From NCBI RefSeq assembly GCF_964204645.1, contig NC_134026.1:9819950-9883949 (forward strand): a stretch of DNA of 64,000 nucleotides. Direction: 5' to 3'. Every line of letters begins with the position of its first letter. The first letter of the stretch is position 1. The stretch is from Tubulanus polymorphus. Taxonomy: Eukaryota > Animalia > Nemertea. This document shows positions 50,542 through 64,000 of the stretch, in pieces. Below the pieces are notes generated by a model, which saw only the letters and a list, made by a program, of their open reading frames with translations, had not been told where the DNA came from and did not search any database. Position numbers and translations under genes: made by a program.

Positions 50542-52018
50542 AGTCTGCCAAAAATTGCACCAATCGCACAAATATAAATATTTCGTTATATATATTCTAT
50601 ATGATGCAGTGAAAACTAGTTTTCAATGAATGAAAATACTTATGTCATGAATCATAGTCAATATCATAGTGCACGAATAATGGCTAAAAACCTTGACAGT
50701 AAGATACCTTAGACAGTAAGAAGAAAAGAAAATCATATATATGTATGACTATACGTATATGGAATATTGAGCGTTTACCGTTCCGAAAATTACAAAAATC
50801 CGAATTAAGAAAAAAAATTAAAAAGCATAATATTTGTCTTATATACTTTTATATATTAAACAATATTTTCTTAAGAGTCTAGAAAAATTAGCGTGTATAG
50901 AATATTAATGTAGATTAGTTGTAGTTTATCGAAGACCTTATATCTCGACTTTGATTTGAGAATTCGTAGTTATGTATGGTCTGTTAACATGTATGTGTAC
51001 AATTTTGATTGTACGGCCGTAACGAAACATAGAACCGTTATATTTGGGAAACGCCTTTCTTTACCTATATAGCAAAAAATAATAATGTATCGCATTGAAA
51101 TTTAACTATGGTACCGACGTGTCAGCCTGTAAGTCTCTGCATTTTGGGTTATAATTGGTGTTGGATGAATGAAATTTGAACATTGCAAGTACGTATCTGC
51201 GTGGGGTTCGGTCAACAAGATGTGTCATGTCGAAATATGATTTCATACATATGATGTAATTTATGCGTCTGACGGTCACACACTGATAAATGGCAATGCT
51301 TGAAATCGAGCCAAATTGATTTCCAAGAATGTAATCTTCAAGTGACGGAGATAAAGACAAGGTCCCAGTCAACCCAGCTTAAGGGACAGCGGGTTGGTGT
51401 CATATCAGGTCATTTAACAAGCATAATATTTTTCTATCGTAGATTTTATACCGGTTCTTTCTTTCTTTCAGTTTTTTTTGTTAATTCTTTTTACAAGCTG
51501 GATGTATTGCGACCCCGCGTGAGGTTGTTATTGTATTATAAGCTTACTGTAACCCGTAATATACACGTGTAGTATTATAATATCGTATATCATTCATAGT
51601 TAGGTTTGATGGTTTTAATATTTACAGCGGACTCCGCTCAGGACAGATCCCTTCACAACCCAGATTACATATATTTGTTGTAATCGAACTCAGATATTCG
51701 GCTTAAGTTGGACAAATCTTATGGTTCGGAAAGACCAGACGTGAGCGGAGTCTAAAAGGGTTGGCACTATCATGAAACTAACCAGTGTTGATTGTTGCGT
51801 TTTAAGTTCTTGACATCAGCGAATGAGTCATTATCAAGTTCGATTATATAAGTACAATGAGCAGATACGTACCAAACTTTGACGAGATGTATGTATCTAA
51901 AATATGCAATTGAAATTCAAAGAGAAATAATACGCAGAAGTTTTGTTGCTTCCATCAACATTGTACAAAGTATTCATGTATTATGTCGTCGGGTGATCAT
52001 GACTAGCCACAATCTAGA

Positions 52019-52019
<1 letters not shown>

Positions 52020-52060
<41 letters not shown>
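52020..52060. repeat. (ATT)n microsatellite
   Basis: About 13 ATT units. Confidence 0.95.
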
Positions 52061-52065
<5 letters not shown>

Positions 52066-53142
52066 CATGTAGAAATAAATGTAATTTCACGCAAATGTAT
52101 ATCCGGTAGCTATTTTTGGGATCTATACCAGTAGAGTGAGCAAGGATGATGATGATATATGACAGCACGAGGGCCCGATGCGTATCGTTTTCTATATCAC
52201 CAGGCGATATAATGGATGGTCCCAAACTTCGATAGCGGGCAGTCGCACGAGATAAGACTTGTACGACGAAGTATCTGTTATCACGTCGCGCAGGTCATAC
52301 CATAGACTCTTTCGTTTTAGAGTCCATGGTCATACCAATTTAATATCTTGTAAATTTCATGTAAGGTTTTCGTGACCTGACAAGGACAGGTAGCCGCGGT
52401 CACCGCTAGTTCAAGGTCAAGGAAAATGTCACACGTTTGCAGTTCATGGGAAACTTTCCTCTTGCTTTTCACCACAAAGAAAAATCGGCTCAGGATTAAC
52501 AGGGGTTGATCCAGGAATTTTGCTAGGGAGTTCACACTCAATCAAATGGCGGATTATTTTTAGAATTTGGCCATTTATTTATTTTTAGAATTTGTGACGC
52601 ATTCTGATGTGCATTGCCGGGGCTATAATCAGCCGATCTACGGTGGGTCGCTAGGCTTACACATTTTACCCCTCTGATCCTGGAAAAGTAGATCTCATTT
52701 TGTTCTGTTTCAACGACAACTAGTGAACCCCTGGATACGCCCCCGATTCATGAAATCTTTTCGAATACTCGTATACCGGTACTAAACCATAAACACGGGA
52801 AACTTCAATTGAGAAAGGGTCATTCAATGAAAGTCAAACAGATGTGTCCATAGAAACGACGTGAAACACATTTCGAACGCCCTACACGAAAACAGGCAGC
52901 ACCAAGTTAAGAACAAAAACCAATTTTATCCAATCCAATATTTTTATTCAAACATCCTGTATATATATAAGCTTATACATATATTAAGATTTCTAAAATT
53001 TACAAGTGCACCATTAAAATGAAGTCAGAAAAACGAAAATGGTATCGTTGCTCTCCAGAGAAGACGAAAACCCAGATTACAAAACACAGTAAAAAACCCT
53101 ATCTTATCTTACACATTATTTCTGAACATAAAACCATTTCAT

Positions 53143-53149
<7 letters not shown>

Positions 53150-53179
<30 letters not shown>

Positions 53180-53217
53180 TGTATGTATGTATGTATGTAT
53201 GTATGTATGTATGTATG
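53150..53217. repeat. (TATG)n microsatellite in the PPP1R42 3' region
   Basis: 17 TATG units. Confidence 0.95.
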
Positions 53218-53504
53218 CAGACGCCGTGCAAATAAATTCGCATGTCGTGTTCTGTGCTTACACTGATGGAATTTTAAAATGAAACACACGTGCAACGCTC
53301 TATAAAAGGCAAGAAGAAGATTTGGAAATATTCATGTATTCTTTGTGATTGATAAAAGAGAAGGCAAATACATGTAGCAGTAAAACACCATGCACGGTAC
53401 CGCGAACGCATACACACCACATATTGGTACATCGGAGAAATACTGTTTATACATAGTACTACATGTATAATAAATTCTGGCATAAAAGTGCGGGTTAGCA
53501 GTTT

Positions 53505-56500
53505 CTAATCAGCAGATTCCCCGGATGCTAAATTCTTGCCACCCAAGTTCACTAGATTCATGCGTTTCAACTGGACGAACGGGTCTTTCATCGTCGTTCC
53601 ATACGAATTCAGCACCCTGCAAATGAATAACACACTCCACATTAATACGCGTGCATACAAAAATTCATAATATTTTTAGATAAAAACCATCGCGTCACAA
53701 AATGGTCTACTCGACTCGATCTACTGCTGTTCCTGCTATAAGTTTAATTTCGAAAGAAGATTTTACAGAAACTATTATAATGGTCAACATAATGCAAATG
53801 GATAAAACATGCATTACGAAATCATTTAAGTGATGACGGCATAATACCCTAAGATTATTTCAACAAAACTTAACGTATATAAACTAAAATTTCAACAATT
53901 CCTTTGTGATTTTGATATACTTTTTTTATCATTAGAAGCAATTACATGAGGATAGCTATATCCCGTCCTTTGGATGGGTAAATGGCATATATACAGATAA
54001 AATGTCTCGTTCGAAATGTATTAGTACATGCATGTTTATCACCATTGTTGGAGATTCTGCGCGAAAGACAATGAACATTGAGCGAAATTTCATTTTCATG
54101 AAAAACCATTATCATTGGTAATTTCTTCAGCAAAAAGGCTTCATTTAAGCTAATTATGAGGCGAGACTGACTTTTCATTCAAACGATTGAATCATGTGTG
54201 ATATTCTATCGCCGACTGAAATCACTAGCACAGCATATCAATTATGTATCTAGATATACATATACATATGTGAACATCAATCTACGCTCTAAAAATGCCA
54301 GCGTAGCTTTAAAGTTCAACCTACACTGGTGGCAAACAAACTTTTAGATGATATCTAATAATATCCATATACATATGTGATCATGAATAGAGGCCCCTGT
54401 AAAGCACAATTCTCTATGGGGAAGGGGTCTAAAAAGGTGGTCTGAAAATATTCAATACTTAATACATCAAAATGTTATATTTCATGATGGAAGAACCATA
54501 AAAACATTCAGGGGATACAACCTTAGTTAATCCGTATCGCTCAAAAACAGGAATTTTAGTACAGATTTGTTTAAGTGAGGTATGGATGACAGGTAGTCCG
54601 TAATACAACATCATCTGGCTACCAATTAAAGACCTTAAAGTAATCTGAAACCATACACCCTCAAGATGGAGGAGGTGAAAGAAAATTGGCACCTGTTATT
54701 TTGTTTCTTAGAATAATATTTACCACAGCGGTCTGTCTATACACCATTATATTTTTTCAGTGCAAGTGTATGTTTCCGACAGGTGCTACGAATTACACGT
54801 AAGGTTATACATAGAAATTGGATTACACAGGGATTTGGGGGTCTATACCCCCTAAAATCTTTTAATTGCCTTTTTAAAGCTGTGAATGAAAAATATGAAA
54901 ACAAGACGAAACAACCCTCTCATGATTGATATTACATGTCGATGTTCTTATGCCCAAATCTTTTAGGGGGATATTGAAAAACTGCAATGGACCCTGCCCA
55001 ACATTTGTCCGGGGGAAGGGGGTATGGATTGACACTGGATTAACCAAGGTTGACTTAAATACATAGGCAGGATTATCTATAAAAGTTTGGGATCAGAAGT
55101 AAACTGATTGTTATAGGTGTATGCATGAAAAAAGAGCATGGTAATCTTATACAGAAACTAGAGACTGTTACAGTAATGGATCCAGGGTCTTCTATATCCA
55201 ACATGCCTCTCAATCTTATCTACATGGTAGAATTTCTAACAACAGTGAATAGCTGGCTACTGGCCTCCTGGCATTTTTCAATCGGGGTCATTATCGGTCA
55301 AAAACTAATGAAAAGGCGACTGATTATTCGATTAGAAATTCAATCAGCGAATTGTTTACTGGTCAGATTAATACAAATCTAAATTAGATTCAGACAATAA
55401 AAAAAAGCTAGTGTGTCGGAGTTGTGTTGGCAAAGTGGTAAGATTTTCAAAATGATGGATAGATATGTTGCATTGTTGAAACACCCCAAAAATTACTTTC
55501 AATGATGTCTTATCAGACCAGACTAGCTTTTAGGTTAGCCTGTGTTACAGGTTCAACATCTCAATCGAAAAAAATCATTTCAAATAACCTCATATCTTAA
55601 AGCGTCACCACCAGGGGTTGCAGGGTATGGGTGTGAGTGTCACATTTCAAAAATTGTAGTTCCAGCTTGCTTTGGATGTGACAATTTTTTCTTTTTATTA
55701 ACGAATTTGAGGGCAATAAATGACTGAAAAGACAGAAGAAAATATAATCTGTAGTTAGCTTCGAACCTGCAGTCTCTCTGATGATTGACACAAAGTAAAA
55801 CTGATTCCATGTATGACCTTAACTGAAAGAACCCAGAGCCACAGTCCAAAACCAGAATAAGTCCGAAGATCAATGCCAATTTGTGGATTTTCATAAGGAT
55901 ATAAATCCAGTGAGAGGGGAGAAAATTGAAAATATTCAGGCTCCAGTTTCATAAAGCTAATTACAATTGATAGCTCTAATTGTGAATTAATTCACTGAAA
56001 TAATCAAGTTGTGATAACCAACTGATCATTATTTTCTGAGAAACTAGGCCTTAATTTAGAAAGCTAAAGTACGGTAGACTCCACAAAATCCGGATATCAT
56101 CTAAGCCTTGCATATACTGCAAGAAACGAGCCCAAAACACGAAAAACAGATTTGCGTTTAAATATGTTTTGTTCACCCACTGTCGCACACAGCAAAACAT
56201 AGAACATCTAAACAAAAATAGTTATTGTATCTATGATATCAAAAGGGGGATCACGTGATCTGTTCGGTACTTTTTGATTAGGTACTCTGACCACAACACA
56301 CAGCAATTGAAACAAGTGTTTCATGTTTCATGAAACCAACGAATTCAATAAAACTCTTTATCATACAATAATGTTTATACAGACCTGTTGGTACAGATAA
56401 GTACCTGTTGGTTTCAAACTTTTTTGGTAAACCATGTGTCATGATTATGAGCACACATGATAAGTGTTTTTGTTTTCGTGTTTCGTGTTTATGTCTTGCT

Positions 56501-59500
56501 GCGTGCGTTCTCCTACATCTAAAGATACATAAATATACGTTCTCATAGACCGGATTAGTTCAAAACATGACCCGATCTTAGATGGATCTACTGTATTTAG
56601 CTTCAAATCCCAGTTGAAATATACCATCTGTATAAGAAATAAGTCTTAAGAAATAAAATGTTTCCATTTCATAGTAAGCACATGTACATGAATACAGATT
56701 TTCATATTGCGACTTCATCAAGCTGCATGCTAGTGGTTAGAATGAATGAATATGTGTCCCAATATTGAATTCAGGCTCTGGTTCTATCCATTGAATTAAT
56801 CTAATCTAATTACACGTAGCCACTGGAAAATGCATAAGCAGGATATATAAAGAACTATAGAGGTGGTCACAGATGTCAACATCCTACATGTAAACGGTAA
56901 ATCTGGATGCTATCAATCTTTTCAGCGGGACTAATCTTTTTCATTGTACATTAACCTCACCTTACTCAGACATGGCTAACTCAGACTTTTGACTATAGCC
57001 ATGATCACAAGGCGACGATTTGGCCCGGGCAAAACTGGCCGGAGTCAAATTTGGCCCGTGCCTAATTAGGAAGCAAACCACTTAATCGATACAAAACAAT
57101 GCTGTGAAAAAGCCAAGCGAGTCACGTCCAGAACCAGTTGCAATTCACCCGCAATGGTTAGACATGTGCTAAAATTTGGCATTGGCCAAAAATGCTTTTG
57201 CGATCGCAGCAAAAGTCGGAAAAAACGAAATGATTTTTTTGACATCCTCAGGTATTTTCCTACCCTTATCTTAGACCAATGTCGTCAGTCCCAGTTTGTC
57301 CGAGTAAGGCGAGGTTTACTGTACCATGTAAATGGATTTCATAGCAAGAAAGTTGTGATCTAAAACAGGGATTGTCCTTCTTATTCATTTGATTGGTAGA
57401 TTTGATCTTATTTGGTGTCCCTTACAAACCCATCACACCTGCCAGGAGCAAAACTGAGGATTTGCAAGGAAGTCTTAACAGAGCCATATTTAGTAGGGGC
57501 AGTTACCCACTAGAAACTTTGGAAAATTGCTTTTTTGCAAATATTATTGTTATATCCTATGGAACTGCCCTTTTCGGGTTTTTTCTGCCCCCTAAAATTC
57601 AAATCCTAGCTATGGCCTTCTTTAGGTGATACATTTAACTAGCCGGGACTTTCTACATTGTTGGACAGATGGAGAGCCAAATCATTGTACCTGTTGTCTG
57701 ACTGCACAGTTAAGTCCGGATAACAGTGTCGCCACTGGCAAAATTTCATCATTTAAGCCAAATTTAATGGAAATGCTGATTAAAATGTTGAGCAATTTTG
57801 TTGCAGGGTAAAGAAATCATGAAAGACAATAGCTCCAAAGCTAGATCATACATCAGAGCAACCAGATTCGGGCCTCCATGGAAAACTTGATGGCAAATTA
57901 CAGCCCAATATTGTTTCTCTGTATGACAGGATGTTGACAGATGGGAACGAAAACCCCTTAAGCCTAGGGGGTGCCGAAGCATTAATATAATCTTACACTT
58001 TGAATGAAATGATAGTGTGCCTTTAAACGTGTGTCTTAGTATCAGGCAAAGTGAGTGTACGACACTTCAGTTTCACGAGTATCCCCGCCTGACTCAAGTC
58101 GTGAAGTATTCTACAAGTAATAAAGACATAACCACTGACATTTAATCAACTACACAATATTTAAAATCATGAAGCCTATCAAGTGTTTTTATTTCTTCAA
58201 AATAACAGTCCACAGTAGGTAATATTTTAGATGATGTTGATGGCAATCAGCAAACCACCTACTCCTTCATGGAAAGCGGATTTTCTGGGAATTTAACCTC
58301 ACAACCCCCATAGCAAGTGGGAGGAGGGTCTTTTCAAAATTAGTTCCCCTTGATAACTACCCTAAACGTAGTTGATGTTTCAACTCATTGTTTTAAATTG
58401 AATACGTCACAATTTTGATATCAGTCGAAATAGCAATTAGGAAGTACATGTATGTGATAAAAAGCCAATGTTGGCTAAAAAAACACGAGTTAGTTGACAA
58501 ATTTGCACTTTTAGAATCACCAAGTATAATCAATATAAATAGGCATGCCATCATAAATTGACTGCAATCAATAAAACCAAAAAATTCAATTTCAGATTCG
58601 GCGTGAATTTTTGGTGAAACTAAGTTTTTTTGCTTGTCCATTCATCCCTTTTTGCTGTTGATTAGAATTGAGGAGGCAGCAAGTGGGCTCATTGATATGT
58701 ATTCTTAGAAATCGGTGCAAGGAACAACAAGAAGCATGCATAAAAACTGGTGGTTTATTGTATGCAATAAAGAAAAGGATAGACACAGGCGTCGCCAGAT
58801 GGGATTCAAGTTTGGGGGTTCAGGAGTGTGAACGAACTTAATCTTGTTTGTAATTTTTAGTACAATGATTCTATAAATGGCTGATACTGTCTTCTACGGT
58901 AAAACTGGTAAAATTGCTCTTTTTTGAAAAAATTTCTGGGGATTCACCGTTAAACAGATTTCTAACTGGATATCAAAATCCTACACTATGAAAAGAGAGT
59001 CTGAAATATTCCTGAGCAAAAATTTATTCAATGTTTCAACTACATACAAAAACTCATCTTCAGGAATATTATCGCTGGGTCTCTTTGTTCTGGATTGTAT
59101 CTCATAATTCTAACATAACACTAGTATTCCTGAAGATGAGGATTTACGATGTACCGGTAGTCAAAACGTCAAATGAATATTAGCTCAAGAGAACATTTCA
59201 GAACCTTTCTATTTTTAGTGCGGGAATTAATACTGTGAGACAGAGTGTTCCGTCAATGATTTCTCTTGATGCATGTGACTTCACTCAGTACTTCCATCAC
59301 AAAATTCCCTTCCTGGCGACGCCTTCTTAATAGTAGGCAGTTGATTCTGTGTAAAATAAGGTGAAAATATAACTTTATGATAATTGTCAATCGGTTTCCT
59401 GGAGCAAAGTTTTCGGACATTTGATACTTTATCACCAACATTCCGAAATTTCTTGTATAGGTGTCATGGGTGCCCAAAACATCAACTCGGACATTATGAA

Positions 59501-61206
59501 TTGAAAGTTTACTAACTTTAAACACCGGACATTAGTCTTTTCATCACAACACCTTTAACAAGTGATTGTAAAAAATTCACACTGGTAAGATAATGTCTGA
59601 AGGTGGTTCCAGGCTGCATCGTAAGGTAAGTATATAGAACGGAAATTCCACAGTTGAAACAAATGATATTTCAATTCTAGTTTATTTTCTACATTCAGCC
59701 CACTAAGAAAAATCTGAATAAGGAAAGGTGCATGGGCCCAGTTTCATGATACAGTCGAACTCATTTTGCGTTGAATTTTGGTTTAATTGCTACAGGCAAC
59801 TTCATCTTTTCAATTAGGACAGCAATTGAAACTTACCAATCCTAGGCTTAAACTTTTTCATGTAACTGAACCCTGTGGAAGTAACTATTTACAATAGAAA
59901 ATAGACCGTAAGCATTTACAATAAATGCCACATCATTTACATGCAAAACTTAAGAATTTCATGATAAACAGTCGATGATGGTGGAATATGAAAATAAAGC
60001 GAAAGGAAATTGAGAATGACATGAAGGCTACTGGTGCATTTTACCTGTCACCTATGTAATCTTCATCACAATTTCTGCTGAAATATAAATTCACGTACCA
60101 TGCACACCAAGGTAGTATGTGCTCATTGAATAATGCCAATTTAAGGGATTGGCAATATACTCTTGCTATACATGTATCCTTAGCACGAAAGAAAAAATTT
60201 CCAAAATAGTTGAGGCGATAAAATCTAATGGATCAATCATGCTCATTTATTCTCAATTATCATGCTCATTTATCTAAACTCTCTCAAAAATAATCGTGTC
60301 AACTTCGTTTTAACCCTTTTAAAGTCTGATATACCCGACCAGACAGGGTTAAAATTGCCTGAGTCAATCATCTGGAATTTATCTACACCCAATATTGTCT
60401 GATAAAGCTTATTTCTAATCCCTTGGGAGTTTTCCTGGAATTCCGTAAAACACTTCAACGACTAGGGATCCAGTCATACCATGCCCACCGATAGTGGTCG
60501 GAAATGCTAGACAATCTGACAATTTACAGATTCAACCCCACCAGCTGGTGAGCACATACAAAAACAATGACCTCTCACCACAATCATAGAACGTTACAGT
60601 GGAACCTTGTTACAACGAACTTCACGGCACCAGAAAACATGTTCGTTAAAATCAGTGTGAAATTGATTAAATTTTCTTACCTAGAGACGAAATTCAATAT
60701 TTGTTATATCCGATGTTTTATCCGAGTTAGTTTTAACGAGGTTCTACTGTATGAGCTAAAACTTTGCAATTGCATGTGGTAACAAAATATGTATATGAAA
60801 ATAATGCATAATTTCTCTATTCAACGTCTCCTAGTGAAAGTATGCAGAAACTGATTGCCCGAAAAAATCACCACAGTCATAGAAAGTGTCAAGATCTACA
60901 ACTTAGCTATTAATTCTGATTACAAAACATGCAAACATAGAGCCAAAGAAAAATGGATATACTACGTAACTTCACCATTCAAGGCTTCATATTCTCCACA
61001 AAAAAAATCAACAAATAAGCAAACAAAACAAAACAAAACAGAGAACTCCAGATGAATGATAACTGAACTGTCTCTAAGTCCCAATGTAAAATGAAAAACC
61101 ATGTAGAAGCTATAGGCCTAAGGATTCCGATTGAACTAATTTTTCTTGTAATGCTTGGCCCTAGGGGGAGTTACACACGCACACGCACATTCACACACGC
61201 ACACGC

Positions 61207-61246
<40 letters not shown>

Positions 61247-63928
61247 CAAACCTCAAGAAAATTTATCGGTTTCTTGTAATGACAGTGCTGATTTTACTAA
61301 ATAATAATGGCTACAAGTCAGCCATCTTGACTCCGATTGAGACAATTTTTGGGTTGCGGATGCAGCTAGGATAGATACATACATAAACCAAATGACAAGA
61401 CGATACATCAAGGCATATCAAAAACTTCCCAAGAAAACTAGATTCTGTCTACAGACAGACAGATGACAGATGAAAAGTGAATGCAATAGCTTGCAGCGAC
61501 TTAAGTCCCAAGTGGGTTAAAAATTATTCAACAAACATTAAATACAAAGTTCAACAATTTAAATGAAATTAGAAACATCAATTTAGAAGAGTTATTTCTT
61601 GCCAGATATGATTACCAAACTGTTCTAATTACCTCGGAGCTGCATTGATTTCGTTGTACAATCCGGATTTCACAGGTGAAGCTGAACTCGGGAGACTTGA
61701 AGATTTGGCTAATATTTCGTCGAATTGTTTTCGAGGTAAACCTGCCAAAAGGTCAACGCGTACACACATCAATTGACTTTCAAACAAATATAAACAGGGT
61801 GCACTTATCTAAACCCATGCTTTATTTACCTGAAATGATTATCAATATGTTGCTGTAAAAGCAACCAATATATCGAAGGTGATATCTTATCTAATGAAAA
61901 TATATCATGGGAAAATAGTTTTCTGGATTTTTTTTTCAAATATGCAAAATCAACGGAATTTTTCTTGATTTACAAATTTTGTTGCTTTGTTTTTGTGCTT
62001 ATATAAGATAGTTGAGTATTGATCCATTTCTCCTTTTTTTCCTTAGGGATTATCTGTAAGATCGACTGGTTTGTAGACCAATGAATAAGATTGAACTAAT
62101 CGCAGTTGCTAGGCCCAGTTCTTAAGATAATGACACAAATACATTGGTCCTAAAACAATTCAACTTGAACAATTAATCTATTTCATTGGTTTTGAGAGAT
62201 TAAAGTTTTTGAGCCTGTCCAAAACTTCATAAGTTGTGTCCTCTTAAACACTGAATTGACCTGCTTCATCTGATTATTGCCAGGATACCCACAAGTTGTA
62301 AGTGGATAGGGGTTATATGTATAACGCTTATTATCATTGTTCCTACAGTGCTACATCACCTGAAGTGTTAAAGTGACTTTGATTAGATAAGAATAATTTT
62401 CAAGTAATATTAGTGTTAGTCATTAAAACAGTTTATTCCAGTAACCAGTGATTTCAATCGGTTGAATTAACTTACTAAAATTAGATTATAATAAGGTATT
62501 GGGTGATTTCAGGTTTGGGGTTAGTAAGGTATTAAGTTCTGTGCTCAACACAGGTTATTATATCCATCAATTTTCAAATCCAAAATTGAAATCACACAAT
62601 AGGTAACTATATAGGTAACAATAAGTTGGGTACAAACGAATTACTACCGGCATTCAGAGCTGCTGATATTCAGCACAGCACCACCTATCAGTTTGACAAT
62701 TATTTTGCAAAATAAGTCTCAATAAAATATAAATCAAATCATAGCATTATACTTTCTGTGCAGGATTTCCTTCAGATCCTAATTCGGTTGGCAGGGGTAT
62801 CCCTGGCCTAAACTATTGGGTGGTTTGTTCAATAAAACTGGACCTTTTTGTTAGAGTTTTAAGCAAACTATATTCATAGATAGAGAACCATATAATATTT
62901 ACCAGCCATCATATAACCGGAGGCTGTGGCTCGTCTTTGTACTGGTGGCAATAAGTCTGAATGATCACCAGTGCCTATGAAAAAATAAACAGGATCTGGT
63001 TAATATTCAGGGCTAAGATTGGCTCTAAAAATCAATTGAATATATTTGCTAAATCAGTTTACATTAAATCAAGTGCTGGGCCCAGTTTCACAAAAAAGTT
63101 TAACTAAAATGTTTGGTGTAATAGCTATTGGTAACTTCATATTTTCAATGAGGACAACAATTCAAACTTAAGGTTTACACTTTTTTTGAAACTGGACCTT
63201 GAATAATTTGAAAATTGAAAAAAATTCCACCCACTGTGTTGAATAAAAGGCATACTGCTTCAGTGCATCTACACCGCAGTGCAGTGTAGTATTACACCGC
63301 AGTGCGATGTAGTATTGTTAGTTACTAAAATTTCACTATGTTTGACTGGTGCTACCGTCGTTTAAGAGATAGCAAACAGGGTACTAGCAAAGTCCACACC
63401 AATTCGTACACAACACTGCTATGTAGACACACTGAAAGGGTTAAAAGTTAATCCTTTCCGCGAAACTGGACCTTAGGGCTTAACTCCACAGTTGTAAGTG
63501 AGATTTCAATATAGTTAAAATCAGTTCATTTTCAATTATATAATCAATTACAAACCCACAACTGTTGAACTGGGTACAGAGATCCGCACAGCCAGAGTAA
63601 ATCTTTAAAAATGGGATAGGCCTACTTTGATAATGATGTTATTATGGTTACTATCAGGGGTGGATCCAGCGCCTTATAAGACTCTCAGAAATTCTTATTA
63701 GTGTCCATTTTCAGAGGCACTTTCCCAGAGATGTTAATTCAATTCTATCAAACATTCTTACCGTTTTGAGGCAGAGGCATAGTAGCGTGTCTGTTAAATA
63801 ATTTCTTCCTTTGGCGATACGCCTCTTTCGACGCTTTCCAATTGATCAAGAACTGACGAGACGTTTCGTTGATTTCTTTACCATCCAACGATTCTATACA
63901 TGGAAAATAGGCCTCTATTAGTAGGCAT
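53505..63928 (-). CDS. PPP1R42: Protein phosphatase 1 regulatory subunit 42 (LRRC67/TLRR)-like, last six coding exons; 5' part lies beyond the window end
   Basis: Exons 63928-63762, 61741-61633, 60077-60045, 57775-57691, 56627-56539 and 53616-53505 join in frame with GT-AG to a TAG. The first encodes LRRcap IESLDGKEINETSRQFLINWKASKEA, matching the LDGKEI...RQFL.NWKASK segment I recall from PPP1R42. Minus-strand AATAAA near 52942-52947. Confidence 0.8.
58975..59230. mobile_element. Decayed inverted pair of Penelope pseudo-LTRs (hammerhead relics)
   Basis: ctcatcttcaggaata (59053-59068) / tattcctgaagatgag (59125-59140) inverted. 59079-59109 (gtctctttgttctggattgtatctcataatt) resembles the 3720-3760 pseudo-LTR segment. 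caaaacgtc lies downstream. Confidence 0.65.
60597..60749. mobile_element. Tc1/mariner-type MITE
   Basis: ta|cagtggaaccttgtta ... taacgaggttctactg|ta; TA TSD. Confidence 0.75.
61173..61243. repeat. (CA)n/(CACACG)n microsatellite
   Basis: cacacgcaca...cacacaca tract. Confidence 0.9.
63078..63198. mobile_element. Harbinger-like short MITE (multi-copy family)
   Basis: gggcccagtttcacaaaaaagt ... actttttttgaaactggacct. Related copies near 11111-11242, 55939-56050 and 59734-59873. Confidence 0.65.
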
Positions 63929-64000
63929 CTAACAGGGATAGAACCTAAGTTGTGATTCAAAATCAACTTTTAAGTGGAAAATCAGAGGGATCTACTGTTT

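Noticed and set aside
63270-63316. Two 23-bp direct repeats (tacaccgcagtgc..tgtagtat)
   Set aside because: Only two adjacent units with no spacers, in a eukaryotic intron. A small tandem duplication, not a CRISPR array.

Overview
AT-rich, intron-rich genomic DNA from an invertebrate bilaterian (inferred from a latrophilin with no olfactomedin domain and a SoxF gene). Most short ORFs in the supplied track are exon fragments or noise. I reconstructed six spliced genes by hand with GT-AG boundaries and matching intron phases: the 5' half of a latrophilin/Cirl adhesion GPCR (-), a complete 17-exon PPWD1 (-), two tandem divergent two-exon TGF-beta ligands (+), a two-exon SoxF (+) and the 3' half of PPP1R42/LRRC67 (-). 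An intact Penelope-like retroelement (RT + GIY-YIG, 13-bp TSD, inverted pseudo-LTR, hammerhead motif) sits in a latrophilin intron. Non-autonomous DNA transposons and microsatellites fill the rest. Best leads: (1) both TGF-beta ligands lack the interchain dimerisation cysteine; (2) a 240-nt, 60% GC structured RNA-like segment ending in T6 lies just upstream of PPWD1 and matches no ncRNA family I recognise; (3) the Penelope hammerhead copy facing the host pre-mRNA carries the only substitution between the two repeats, in the catalytic core; (4) a candidate 33-nt latrophilin microexon; (5) a strong local excess of the palindrome TAGGCCTA. All calls are by eye, without database searches.
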